NCBI GenBank assembly: GCA_042571405.1
Contig: JBHPHU010000005.1
Coordinates: forward strand, 1 to 61,706
Direction: 5' to 3'
Length of the DNA: 61,706 nucleotides
Origin: Candidatus Omnitrophota bacterium
GTDB taxonomy: Bacteria > Omnitrophota > Gorgyraeia > Gorgyraeales > Gorgyraeaceae
This document shows positions 29,051-38,566 of this stretch, one piece after another; position 1 is the stretch's first letter; each line of letters begins with the position of its first letter. Position numbers and translations under genes: made by a program. The notes beneath the pieces were generated by a model, which saw only the letters and a program-made list of their open reading frames with translations, was not told the DNA's origin and searched no databases.

Positions 29051-30268
29051 ATGAAAAATTCGATAAAGTTTTTGCCATTATTGATCCTTTATATCTTCAT
29101 TGTATTGATGGCTTCAAGTGACAGCTTTCAATATGACGAGGGGCGTTATGTATTGTTCACGCAAAACCTTTCCCAGGGTTTTTATTCTGATTCAAGCGAT
29201 ATGAATCTTTGGAATGGCCCAGGCTACCCGATTGTTTTACTGCCTTTCGCGCTTTTAAAATTACCCTGGTTAGCGGCTAAACTGTTAAATGCCATATTTT
29301 TATTTGGCGCAGTGGTCTATTTTTATCGTGCATTATGTTTTTATATCGCAAAACGCCCTGCTTTATGTTTTTCGTATCTTCTGGGTTTGTACCTGCCTTT
29401 TCTTAGGTATGTTCATGTACTGTTGACGGAAGTGTTTGCGATTTTTCTGATATCCGGTTTTTTATTTCACTTTTGCAGGATCTATAATGATGACGGTAAA
29501 AATAAGTGGATCTCGATTATAGCAGCGGCTTTTTATTTAGGCTACCTGGCCCTGACCAAGGTATTTTTTGGATATGTGATATTGGCCATGATAGCAGCGG
29601 CTTTGTTTTTGTATGTCTTGAAAAGGTCCGCTAAATTAAAAAAGACTTTGTTGGTTTGTTTATTTGCGCTTATTTTTTGCTCACCATATTTATATTATAC
29701 GCAGTCTTTGACAGGCAGAGTGTTTTACTGGGCCAATTCCGGCGGGAGTTCGCTGTATTGGATGAGCACTCCATATGATAATGAATTAGGCGATTGGCAT
29801 GACTATACTCGCGTGGCTAATGATCCCAGGCTGGCAAAAAATCATCTGGATTTTCTTAATAATATAGCGCATCTTAATTATGTTGAGATGGATGATGCGT
29901 TCAAAAAGAAGGCAATCTATAATATAAAACATTATCCCGTTAAGTTTTTTAAGAATTGGATAGCCAATATCGGCCGCATGTTATTTTCTTACCCGTTTTC
30001 CTATACGCCTCAGAAGCTGTCGACCTTTTTTTATCTTATACCGAATATGTTTATAGTGGTCCTTTCCTTTTTGTGCGCCTATCAAGGCTGGCGTAAGCGG
30101 AGCCAAATACCATATGAGATAGGTGCCTTACTTTTATTCGCACTTATTACATTTGGCGGCAGCAGCCTATTAAGCGCTTACGCCAGGCAGTTTGCTGTTA
30201 TTGTTCCCATCCTCGCGCTCTGGATGTCTTTTATCATGACGCGGCACTATTCCATTCTTGAACTATAA
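29051..30268 (+). CDS. Integral membrane glycosyltransferase (GT-C/ArnT-PMT-like)
   Basis: DE after TM1, PGYP, LTE and many TM helices. Confidence 0.65.
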   Translation: MKNSIKFLPLLILYIFIVLMASSDSFQYDEGRYVLFTQNLSQGFYSDSSDMNLWNGPGYPIVLLPFALLKLPWLAAKLLNAIFLFGAVVYFYRALCFYIAKRPALCFSYLLGLYLPFLRYVHVLLTEVFAIFLISGFLFHFCRIYNDDGKNKWISIIAAAFYLGYLALTKVFFGYVILAMIAAALFLYVLKRSAKLKKTLLVCLFALIFCSPYLYYTQSLTGRVFYWANSGGSSLYWMSTPYDNELGDWHDYTRVANDPRLAKNHLDFLNNIAHLNYVEMDDAFKKKAIYNIKHYPVKFFKNWIANIGRMLFSYPFSYTPQKLSTFFYLIPNMFIVVLSFLCAYQGWRKRSQIPYEIGALLLFALITFGGSSLLSAYARQFAVIVPILALWMSFIMTRHYSILEL

Positions 30269-30286
30269 TAGACAGTGTGATACAAT
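30258..30286 (+). promoter_or_regulatory. Sigma70-type promoter, probably giving a leaderless mRNA
   Basis: TTGAAC-17 bp-TACAAT with TGn; ATG 30293 lies 6 nt after the -10 and has no SD. Confidence 0.5.
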
Positions 30287-30292
30287 CTCTCT

Positions 30293-32938
30293 ATGCGGAT
30301 AAGCAGAAAGATTGGGTTGAGTTTTTTTATAACATTTCTTCTTGTCATAGTTCTCGGTGTACTTTCTATATATAGTTTAAAGCATACATATAGAGGCTTG
30401 AGTCAGGTCTTTGCAAGGGATCTGCCTGCGTCCAGGACTACTTACCAGATAGCCATTTCAATGGAGAGACTCTTCTCCGAACTCAATAATTTTCTCATAA
30501 CAGGTAACGAGAACTTCAAGATAAGTTATGAAAAGGCTCATGAAGAAATAGCCCGGGATATATCAGCTCTTGCAAGATTTATATCTGAAGAGGAAGAGAC
30601 AGGGCTTTTTGAGGAGACAGAGAGTTTAATAGCTGAGATAGACGGAACTGCGCGGGATATATTTAAAAACAGAAAAGATATGGAGGCTTTATACAAGGAC
30701 CTCAGGGCAATAGAGACGGAATTTACAAAGAAACTGGACAGCCTTTTTGATTTTGAAGAAAATAAGATGCGGGATGAGAAGGATTTTTTATTGGTCCGGA
30801 CGCAGTATCTACCTGCCTCAGATCTTATAGCGGAAGCTCGCTTGAGGTTTTCAAAAGCATTCTCAGATCTTAATGAAGTAGATTTTTTAATCCTGGAAAA
30901 ATCTTTAAGGGATTACAAAAATTATTACGGGTATTCTCTTTCCGATAAAGAACGCAGCCTTGCAACTGAACTTATAGAGTTCTCCGGCAAAATAAAATTG
31001 ATTGGCGGCTCAATAGTTGATCTTAAGGCCAAAACAGGGAGTTATGTAGATTTATTTCTGGCTAAAGGCAAGGATTTTACAGAGACGCTGGATAAAATAA
31101 TATCGCTTAAGAAAAGCGGAATTTCTTCAAAACTGGGAGCAGGCGCCGCGCTTACAGAGGATATACCAGCCATACATAATATCTCCAAGATTGAAAAGGA
31201 CATGGCAGAGTCATGGAGGACAAGCAGCAGATATATATTGACTGGCGATGAGACATATATGGCCCGCTATCGTCAGTTAAGACTGAATATAGAGAAAGCC
31301 CTTAAGGATTATGGCCGTCATGCGCGGCTTAGGGGTACGGAAAAATTTTTCGATGATATCCTGGAATCAGACAGCGCTATTTTAAAGCGCATAGATTCTG
31401 GCGTGACATTGTTTAACAAGAAACAGAGCAGCCTTTCAGAGCTTTTGTCTATAGGTTCAGAGATCGAAAACAAGATCAATGGGCTCCTGGCGCAAAAGGA
31501 TTCTTTGATAAAAGAGGCAAAGGATCCGCAGGATATCCTGGAGGAACTTATGCCCGCGAGGTGGATGTTAATGCGTCTCAAGGATGAGTTTGCGAGCGCG
31601 TCCAGGCTCATTATGGATTACTTGAGTGAACAGGAGCTAAAGTACAAGGATCAGTATTCAGAATCGTATTTTGATATGAAAAAATACATGAATAGATACA
31701 GGAACCTTGCCGGGGGGCTTGTTGATTCTGTGTTCGTAAAAGAGATAGGACTCCAGCTGGATAGTTTTAATAGCGCTGTCTTAGGTGTTATTGATAGTCA
31801 CGACAGCCTTATGAAGGAACGCGGATGGACCCTCATAGAATTACAAAGTGATTTAAAGAGTCGCTTAGGCAAGGCAGTGGAGGCGGAGATCAGTCAGATC
31901 GAAAAGAATAAAAAAGACCTTGCGAATAGAATGAGGACTATCAATATCGTGATTTTTATCATAATAGGCGTGGTAGCTTTTATAGCAGTATTCGTTATTT
32001 TTTATACCATGAGTTCCATAACAAATCCTATTCAGGCGCTTTACAACGGCGCCGGCATAATAGGTAAGGGCAATCTGGATCACAGATTGGACATAAAAAC
32101 AGGGGATGAGATACAGGATCTTGCGGAAGGGTTTAATAATATGGCAGGGGAGTTAAAAGAGCTTTACACAAATCTCGAGAACAAGGTAAAGGAAAGGACT
32201 GCGCAGCTGGCAGAGGCAAATGACGCATTGGCATTAAAAAATAAAGAGCTGGATGATTTTACATATATTGTCTCGCATGATCTAAAGGAGCCATTGCGCG
32301 GGGTAAAGGCATTCACGAAACTATTAAAGGAAGAATACTCAGAGAAAATCAATAAAGAAGGAAAAGAATATTTAGAGACTATATCTGAATCCAGCAGCAG
32401 GATGACAGGGCTCATAGAGGATCTTTTGAATCTTTCGCGCATAGGGAGGATTAAGAACATAGAACCTGATATTGATTTCAATGAGCTGCTTTCGGATGTA
32501 AAAAAGAATCTGCAGTATTCCCTTGAGGAGAAAAAAGTGGAGCTGAAGATTCCGGAGAATTTGCCAAAGGTCGCATGCGATAAGATAAGGATCTCAGAGG
32601 TATTTTCAAATCTTATCTCAAACGCGGTTAAGTATTGTAAAAAGGGCGTTAAGCCTGTTGTTGAGGTTGGATTTTCAAGCAAAGTCGGTCATTACGAATT
32701 TTATGTAAAGGATAATGGTATTGGCATAGACAAGGCGTATCATGATAGGGTATTTCAGATATTCCAGCGGCTTCACGCAAAAGGCGAATACGAAGGAACA
32801 GGCGCAGGCCTTACTATCGTTAAAAAGATAGTAGAGAATCACGGCGGCAAGATCTGGGTCGAGTCAGAGTCAGGTAAAGGAAGTACATTTTATTTTACAA
32901 TAGCCAAGAAAACAAAAAAACAATCTTTGATCTTGTAA
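30293..32938 (+). CDS. Sensor histidine kinase with a long helical periplasmic region, HAMP, HisKA and HATPase
   Basis: Two TMs, HAMP (DEIQDLAEGFN), SHDLKEPLR, NLISNAVKY, DNGIG and GTGAGL. Confidence 0.92.
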   Translation: MRISRKIGLSFFITFLLVIVLGVLSIYSLKHTYRGLSQVFARDLPASRTTYQIAISMERLFSELNNFLITGNENFKISYEKAHEEIARDISALARFISEEEETGLFEETESLIAEIDGTARDIFKNRKDMEALYKDLRAIETEFTKKLDSLFDFEENKMRDEKDFLLVRTQYLPASDLIAEARLRFSKAFSDLNEVDFLILEKSLRDYKNYYGYSLSDKERSLATELIEFSGKIKLIGGSIVDLKAKTGSYVDLFLAKGKDFTETLDKIISLKKSGISSKLGAGAALTEDIPAIHNISKIEKDMAESWRTSSRYILTGDETYMARYRQLRLNIEKALKDYGRHARLRGTEKFFDDILESDSAILKRIDSGVTLFNKKQSSLSELLSIGSEIENKINGLLAQKDSLIKEAKDPQDILEELMPARWMLMRLKDEFASASRLIMDYLSEQELKYKDQYSESYFDMKKYMNRYRNLAGGLVDSVFVKEIGLQLDSFNSAVLGVIDSHDSLMKERGWTLIELQSDLKSRLGKAVEAEISQIEKNKKDLANRMRTINIVIFIIIGVVAFIAVFVIFYTMSSITNPIQALYNGAGIIGKGNLDHRLDIKTGDEIQDLAEGFNNMAGELKELYTNLENKVKERTAQLAEANDALALKNKELDDFTYIVSHDLKEPLRGVKAFTKLLKEEYSEKINKEGKEYLETISESSSRMTGLIEDLLNLSRIGRIKNIEPDIDFNELLSDVKKNLQYSLEEKKVELKIPENLPKVACDKIRISEVFSNLISNAVKYCKKGVKPVVEVGFSSKVGHYEFYVKDNGIGIDKAYHDRVFQIFQRLHAKGEYEGTGAGLTIVKKIVENHGGKIWVESESGKGSTFYFTIAKKTKKQSLIL

Positions 32939-32962
32939 TTGGTAACACATGGAGATAGTTAT

Positions 32963-34111
32963 ATGACTAAAGAAAAACTCAGAGTCTTAATGGTAGAGGA
33001 TAATCCCACAGACGCGCTTATTGTAAAGAAGAAACTTCAGAAGGACAGCGCATTTGATTACGAGGCCACGCATGTTGCCTCAGGAGAGGACGCGCTTTTG
33101 AATCTGGAAAAGTCATCTTACGACATAATGCTATTGGATTACAACCTTCCCAAGAAAAGCGGTCTTGAGACTCTAAAAGAGGTTAAATCAAGAGGCGTGA
33201 AAATACCTATTGTCATGATAACCGGGCAGGGTGACGAGGCAGTCGCGGTAATGCTTATTAAAGAGGGCGCGTTTGATTATCTGCCAAAGAGAGAGGGGTA
33301 TGAAGATTCAATACCCCTTATGATCCGCAAGACTATTGCTGAATTCAGGGCAAGAGAAGATAGCGAGCGGTTTCAAAAAGAGATCGCTTTAAAAAAAGAT
33401 GAACTTGAGAAGACAAATTCTCAACTTAAAGACCTGGACAGGATGAAGTCGGACTTTGTGTCAAATGTGGTGCATGAATTAAGGACGCCGCTTACTCTGA
33501 TAAAAGGCAATCTGGATAATATAGAGAAAGGTTTTGCCGGAGAGGTTCAGCCAAAGCAGAAGGAGATCATAGGAGATGTGTTCAGGATAGTAAACAGGCT
33601 CGCGAGGCTTGTGACTGATCTGCTGGATCTATCTAAGATAGAATCAGGAAAGATGGATCTAAACAAAGAAGACTTAGATGTCGTGAAGCTCGCAGAAGAT
33701 GTGCTTAAGGGGTTTGACAGCATTGCCGACAAAAAGAAAGTGGGTATAAAGAGGGAATTTTCAAAAGAATCTATTTGTGTCAGCGCAGACCAGGATAAAT
33801 TGACTCAGGTTTTTGTGAATCTTGTTGGAAATGCCTTGAAATTTACGGATAAGGGCCAGGTCATCGTAAGGATTACCGAGCTGCAGGATGAGGTCCAGGT
33901 GGAGGTCCAGGATACCGGGCCAGGTATGGCCAAGGAACAATGCGAAAAGATTTTTGATAAATTCGTAAGGGTTATCGCGGAAAGAAAAGAAGGCACAGGT
34001 CTTGGCCTTCCAATAGCAAAAGACATAGTAGGGCTTCACAAAGGCCGCATGAGAGTAGAGAGCGCTCCAGGTAAAGGTTCAACCTTTATCTTCAACCTGC
34101 CAAAAAAATGA
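32963..34111 (+). CDS. Hybrid receiver-histidine kinase
   Basis: VED...LLDYNLP...ITG..YLPK receiver; HELRTPL, NALKF, DTGPG and GTGLGL; ATG 32963 with GGAG RBS. Confidence 0.9.
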   Translation: MTKEKLRVLMVEDNPTDALIVKKKLQKDSAFDYEATHVASGEDALLNLEKSSYDIMLLDYNLPKKSGLETLKEVKSRGVKIPIVMITGQGDEAVAVMLIKEGAFDYLPKREGYEDSIPLMIRKTIAEFRAREDSERFQKEIALKKDELEKTNSQLKDLDRMKSDFVSNVVHELRTPLTLIKGNLDNIEKGFAGEVQPKQKEIIGDVFRIVNRLARLVTDLLDLSKIESGKMDLNKEDLDVVKLAEDVLKGFDSIADKKKVGIKREFSKESICVSADQDKLTQVFVNLVGNALKFTDKGQVIVRITELQDEVQVEVQDTGPGMAKEQCEKIFDKFVRVIAERKEGTGLGLPIAKDIVGLHKGRMRVESAPGKGSTFIFNLPKK

Positions 34112-35229
34112 AACAGAGTCTTTTAATACTAAACGCATCTTTATCAGGATCAAATAGATTTCTGTTCGAATCCCTGAAGAAGTACGGGTGGCATCTGATC
34201 GTCAAAGATGTCCCTGTTCCAGCAAGATATAAATTAATGAGTCTCTTGAAGACCTTTAATTTTAATAAGTCTAAATGGGGCAATGCGTATCGCGACTACT
34301 TAGGGCGGTATATAATATCGCCTGGTGTTTTTCGCGAAAGGAGCAAGATTTGCGAAAAATATTTATCTGATCATAATCGTGAGTATGATTTAGTTCTACA
34401 GATCGGGTCTTTATTTGCGCCTAGCCTCAAGCCAATAAATAAAAAGTACGTCATCTTCTCTGACTATACAACAAGGCTTGCTGAAAGACATTTTCCAGAA
34501 TGGGTGCCTTTATCTTCAAAGAGTCAGAGTGATGAATTGCTTGAATTACAAAAAGCTCTTTATCAGGGAGCCGCTACGGTTTTTACGACCAGTGACAATA
34601 CTCGTAAATCCATGATCAGCGATTATGGCGTAAAAGAAGAGAGACTGATGACTGTAGGTTATGGACTGCCTTTTGGCGCGTTTCCCGGCATGGAGAAAAA
34701 GACATATGACGGAAAGACCATACTTTTTATAGGCAATAATTTTAAAAGAAAAGGCGGCTTTACATTATTAGAGGCCTTTAAGAATATAAAGAAAAAAGTA
34801 AAAGACGCGCGTCTTATTATAATAGGCCCAAACCAGGTTTTGGCAGAGGTAGCAGGCGTTGAATGGAAAGGTCATATAAAAGACAGGGGCGTGATCAGGG
34901 ATTTTCTTGTTAAGTCTTCGATATTCGTTATGCCGTCTTTTTGTGAACCATTTGGCCTGGTTTTTTTAGAGGCTATGTCCTGCAGACTTCCTTGTATAGG
35001 CCCTAAAGTAGACGCTATACCAGAGGTAATAGAAGATGGAAAGACAGGGTTTTTGGTTAGTCCAGGGGATATCAATGATTTAGCGCGCAAGATATTGATT
35101 CTTTTAGAGGATAAAAAATTGATGGAGAGTATAGGTGAGAATGGAGCTAAAAGGGTAAAAGAGCGTTTTACATGGGATATAGTAGCAAAAAAGATACATA
35201 ATTCTATAATGGAGGCAAAATATGTCTAA
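34108..35229 (+). CDS. Glycosyltransferase family 4
   Basis: ILFIG..F.RKGG and PSFCEPFGLVFLEAM motifs. Confidence 0.88.
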   Translation: MKQSLLILNASLSGSNRFLFESLKKYGWHLIVKDVPVPARYKLMSLLKTFNFNKSKWGNAYRDYLGRYIISPGVFRERSKICEKYLSDHNREYDLVLQIGSLFAPSLKPINKKYVIFSDYTTRLAERHFPEWVPLSSKSQSDELLELQKALYQGAATVFTTSDNTRKSMISDYGVKEERLMTVGYGLPFGAFPGMEKKTYDGKTILFIGNNFKRKGGFTLLEAFKNIKKKVKDARLIIIGPNQVLAEVAGVEWKGHIKDRGVIRDFLVKSSIFVMPSFCEPFGLVFLEAMSCRLPCIGPKVDAIPEVIEDGKTGFLVSPGDINDLARKILILLEDKKLMESIGENGAKRVKERFTWDIVAKKIHNSIMEAKYV

Positions 35230-35386
35230 CACGACCAAGATCGAACTGAAATTCCGCAAACTTCCCAATGACCCAAATATGTTCGAGTTCACAGTAAGCT
35301 CGCCATTATTGCGTTCGCAATTCTGCGTACCCAGAGCCATAATCAACCAGCTCCGCGTAGACCTGGAAAAGGCCCTTACGCATTAG
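35222..35386 (+). CDS. Small hypothetical protein (54 aa, not in the ORF track)
   Basis: GGAGG RBS at 35211; MSNTTKIELKFRKLPNDPNMFEFTVSSPLLRSQFCVPRAIINQLRVDLEKALTH*; overlaps the upstream stop. Confidence 0.55.
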   Translation: MSNTTKIELKFRKLPNDPNMFEFTVSSPLLRSQFCVPRAIINQLRVDLEKALTH

Positions 35387-35421
35387 TAGGGGACCCTTAA
35401 GGGTCCCCTACATTGTGGATA
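35384..35421 (+). repeat. 38-bp direct repeat copy 1, containing a perfect 26-bp GTAG-ended palindrome
   Basis: TAGTAGGGGACCCTTAAGGGTCCCCTACATTGTGGATA, identical to 43541-43578. Confidence 0.92.
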
Positions 35422-35473
35422 GCTTAATAGTGGCCCAGGTTTAAACCAAGACTACTGCTTTTTTAGTCATTTT

Positions 35474-37039
35474 TTATAACCCGTATTTTAGTCTTGGCAT
35501 TAATTTTAGGGCTGCGTCTTTTACTAATTTTATATCTAATAGTTGTATCCAATGCCTATTGTCAGGAGGGAGGGAGGCTATATAGTTATTAATGTCTCCG
35601 GAGGCCAGCCTAAAAAGTATGTCTTTTTCAGAATCATATACATTAATGTAATCACCTATCGCTATTTTTAGATCGTATTTTGTATCTATCAAAAACCCGT
35701 TCATATATCTGTGTCTTTTGTTTAAAGTCCCCGCGAAAATATCTTTATTCAGAGCCAGCTTAAATACAGGGTCTACTACCCAGTCTTCAGAAAAAAATTC
35801 TATATGCCCGATCGGGCCGTATTTACTGTATTGATTGCCGGACACATAAATAACCTTGTTGTCTTGGTATTCATTGAGATCCTGGTTGTTTTTTATGTTT
35901 GTTATAATTCTCTGCTGATGCGCGTTCCAGGTTTTCCAGTGGCCTGAAATGCCCAGGATCGTAAAGATTATCAGCGCGAAGACCAGGGTCTTTATTTTTT
36001 TTGACGCAGGCATTAACACAATAAGGTACGTAAATAGTAATGACCCATAGATAGTAGTTCTATTGCCAAGATTAAAGGCCAACTGTGGATAACGGCCGGT
36101 AACAGCAAACATCAAGAAAGAAGAAAATACCAGGACCATAAGACTTATAATGAGTTTTTTACCCATTCGACCTCGTAGGTCGACCTCGTAGGTCGACCTA
36201 CGAGGTCGAATGGGGTCTAATTTATAAAAAATTACTACAAGGGTAAGGCCTATTGTTAATGATATCAATGATATCTGAGAGAAAGAATAATATATTTTTA
36301 GCCACATCGAAGGTCCGCACATGGAGTCTATAAAGGTTAGGACTTGTAATATAAATTGCTTGATCACGATAGAGACGCTTATTTCTTCGATTATTCTGGG
36401 ACTGCCCATGCGAAACAGTATATTTATAGGGATGAAATACAGCGCATAAATAATGTTAGGAATAATTATAACAGCGCCTTTTTTAAATTCCTTATTTAAC
36501 GCGAATAAAACGAATAGCCCTAGTGCGATCGGGGGAGTGCCGTAAGATAGAAACGAGGCGATCAAGGCTGATAAAAAGGCCGGGATCAGTTTATTGCGAT
36601 GCGCCAAATAAAAAGCGAATAGATACAGGCAAAATGATATGCTGATGTATTGTATCATGAATGAATATACCGTAGAGTCATGTGAAGGAAAGAAGATAAA
36701 CAAAAAAGATGCCCAGAGGGCAGTGTATCTATTTAGAAAGATGTTAAAAAATCCGATCACTAAACAAAAAGATAAAATAGTGTAAAAGATTTTCAGGATA
36801 TTAACAAGGAGTGGATTGTCTATTCGAAACCAATAATACCATATGTAATGGCTAAAATGTTCTATTGGCGTCTCAATAAAATAGCCGTCGGGAATAAGCA
36901 CATCCTTGATATCTTTATTCTCGAGTTTAACCATTACGGCAAAATCATCCGCGCTAAGCCCCGTATTTATCAAAAGATAAGCTATCAGAATAAGACATGA
37001 AAGAAGCAGTAGATTTTCGACCTTAAAGACTTTTTTCAT
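35474..37039 (-). CDS. Polytopic membrane protein, GT-C-like sugar transferase
   Basis: ADD after TM1, about 11 TMs and a soluble C-terminal domain; last gene of an amino-sugar cassette. Confidence 0.55.
   Translation of the reverse strand: MKKVFKVENLLLLSCLILIAYLLINTGLSADDFAVMVKLENKDIKDVLIPDGYFIETPIEHFSHYIWYYWFRIDNPLLVNILKIFYTILSFCLVIGFFNIFLNRYTALWASFLFIFFPSHDSTVYSFMIQYISISFCLYLFAFYLAHRNKLIPAFLSALIASFLSYGTPPIALGLFVLFALNKEFKKGAVIIIPNIIYALYFIPINILFRMGSPRIIEEISVSIVIKQFILQVLTFIDSMCGPSMWLKIYYSFSQISLISLTIGLTLVVIFYKLDPIRPRRSTYEVDLRGRMGKKLIISLMVLVFSSFLMFAVTGRYPQLAFNLGNRTTIYGSLLFTYLIVLMPASKKIKTLVFALIIFTILGISGHWKTWNAHQQRIITNIKNNQDLNEYQDNKVIYVSGNQYSKYGPIGHIEFFSEDWVVDPVFKLALNKDIFAGTLNKRHRYMNGFLIDTKYDLKIAIGDYINVYDSEKDILFRLASGDINNYIASLPPDNRHWIQLLDIKLVKDAALKLMPRLKYGL
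36162..36214. repeat. Palindrome family A, three units, in frame in the membrane-protein gene
   Basis: The 39-bp core is the exact reverse complement of 17773-17811; encodes RPRRSTYEVDLRGR. Confidence 0.9.
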
Positions 37040-38565
37040 AAATTTTTTTGATGAACGCGATCAAACCATTTTAGTTTGGAGGCATGCATCTTTAAACTGA
37101 CGTGTAAAAAACGACAGCTTAAATATGCGATAACAGCCATAAAATGCCATATTGTCCTGGGCGAAAGATACCATCTTTTGGATAGCTTTATAACATTGCC
37201 TCCGGCAAAAGAGTTTTTGATCGCCCTTCTGATCCCCTTGAAGGACAGATAAAATGAGAGGTTGGCAAGCATCGTGTCAAATATCAATTCGTAAGTATCG
37301 TTGTTTTTTGGCACATAGGGCAGATCGTTACTTTCCCACATGTATTGGACCGCGAAATTTTCCCAATCTTTTTTTATAAAGAGTTCATTTTTTTTGCAAA
37401 GCATTTTAAAAACAGGAGTCCCGGGGTACGGCGTAAGGATATTGTAACGCACGCTTGATAATGGCAGGGAATGAACAGTCTTTATGGTATCCCGGCGGTT
37501 TTTTCTGGTCTCATCAGGTAGTCCGAAGATTATAGTAGTGGCAACCGCAATTCCTTTTCTATCAGTCTTTTTGATCGCTTCTATCACCTGATTTACGGTT
37601 TCTCCTTTATTGATAGAACTCATCAATGACTCGCAGCCTGTTTCCAGGCCAAAGGCGATCATTTTAAAGTTTGCAGCTTTTGCCTTGTCCAGGATTTCAT
37701 CATTTATATTATCAGCGCGCATTGAACCGTGAAAGTTCACGTCTTCGGGCAATTTTGCTTCTATGATAGCGTCTAATAATTTCAGGAAACGGGAGGGATT
37801 ACCCGCGATATTATCGTCCAGCATCCAGATCGTTTTCTGATTGTATTTATGGACCAGAAGTTTTATCTCAGAGATAATCCTTTCAACGCTAAAGTATCTA
37901 TACTGCTTTCCTGAGACACTGCGGGATGAGCAGAATATGCAGTTATAAGGACATCCTCTTGAAGTCAGGAGACTTCCGAAAGAGGGGTATCTTTCATAAT
38001 TTTCTTCAAACAGGTGATACGGAAAAGGCGGTATAGCATCTAGATCTATGATCATAGGCCTATCAGGATTATGCGCTATAGAGCCATTTTTCCTTAAAGA
38101 AATCCCCGCTATTTTACTATAATCCTTCTGGTCAGATATTGCGCTTACTAACTCAGCGAATGTTTCTTCGCCTTCTTTTCTTACAACGATATCAACGCCT
38201 TCGCAGCGCAATGCCTCTTCAGGCATTACAGTCGGATGTATGCCGCCCAGCACAACAACTGCTTTTGGATCGATTTTTTTGATCTTCTTTGCGAGCAGAT
38301 ATGCCCGTTTTGAACTTATGGTCAGTACGCTTAGCCCGATGATCCTTGGCGGTTGCAAAGATAAAATAAGTTGTTCCAGTTCTTTATCGTGAATAAAATT
38401 TAACTGTTCGTCGATGATGCGTATAGGCGTTACGCCTTTAGAGGTCAAATAGCCGGCAAGAGATCCCAGGCTTGTCGGGAAGGTGGTATTTATAATGGAA
38501 TTGATTATCTTGCGTTGCGAGGAAGGATTGATAGCTGGATTTATGAGCAGGACCTTTTCATGCAT
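37036..38565 (-). CDS. B12-binding radical SAM protein (class B methyltransferase-like)
   Basis: GGIHPT, EGEET, SRGCPYNCIFC, GLETG and PYPGT motifs. Confidence 0.9.
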   Translation of the reverse strand: MHEKVLLINPAINPSSQRKIINSIINTTFPTSLGSLAGYLTSKGVTPIRIIDEQLNFIHDKELEQLILSLQPPRIIGLSVLTISSKRAYLLAKKIKKIDPKAVVVLGGIHPTVMPEEALRCEGVDIVVRKEGEETFAELVSAISDQKDYSKIAGISLRKNGSIAHNPDRPMIIDLDAIPPFPYHLFEENYERYPSFGSLLTSRGCPYNCIFCSSRSVSGKQYRYFSVERIISEIKLLVHKYNQKTIWMLDDNIAGNPSRFLKLLDAIIEAKLPEDVNFHGSMRADNINDEILDKAKAANFKMIAFGLETGCESLMSSINKGETVNQVIEAIKKTDRKGIAVATTIIFGLPDETRKNRRDTIKTVHSLPLSSVRYNILTPYPGTPVFKMLCKKNELFIKKDWENFAVQYMWESNDLPYVPKNNDTYELIFDTMLANLSFYLSFKGIRRAIKNSFAGGNVIKLSKRWYLSPRTIWHFMAVIAYLSCRFLHVSLKMHASKLKWFDRVHQKNL

Positions 38566-38566
38566 A

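Noticed and set aside
35438-35447. GGTTTAAACC palindrome near the direct repeat
   Set aside because: 10 bp and single copy; expected by chance.
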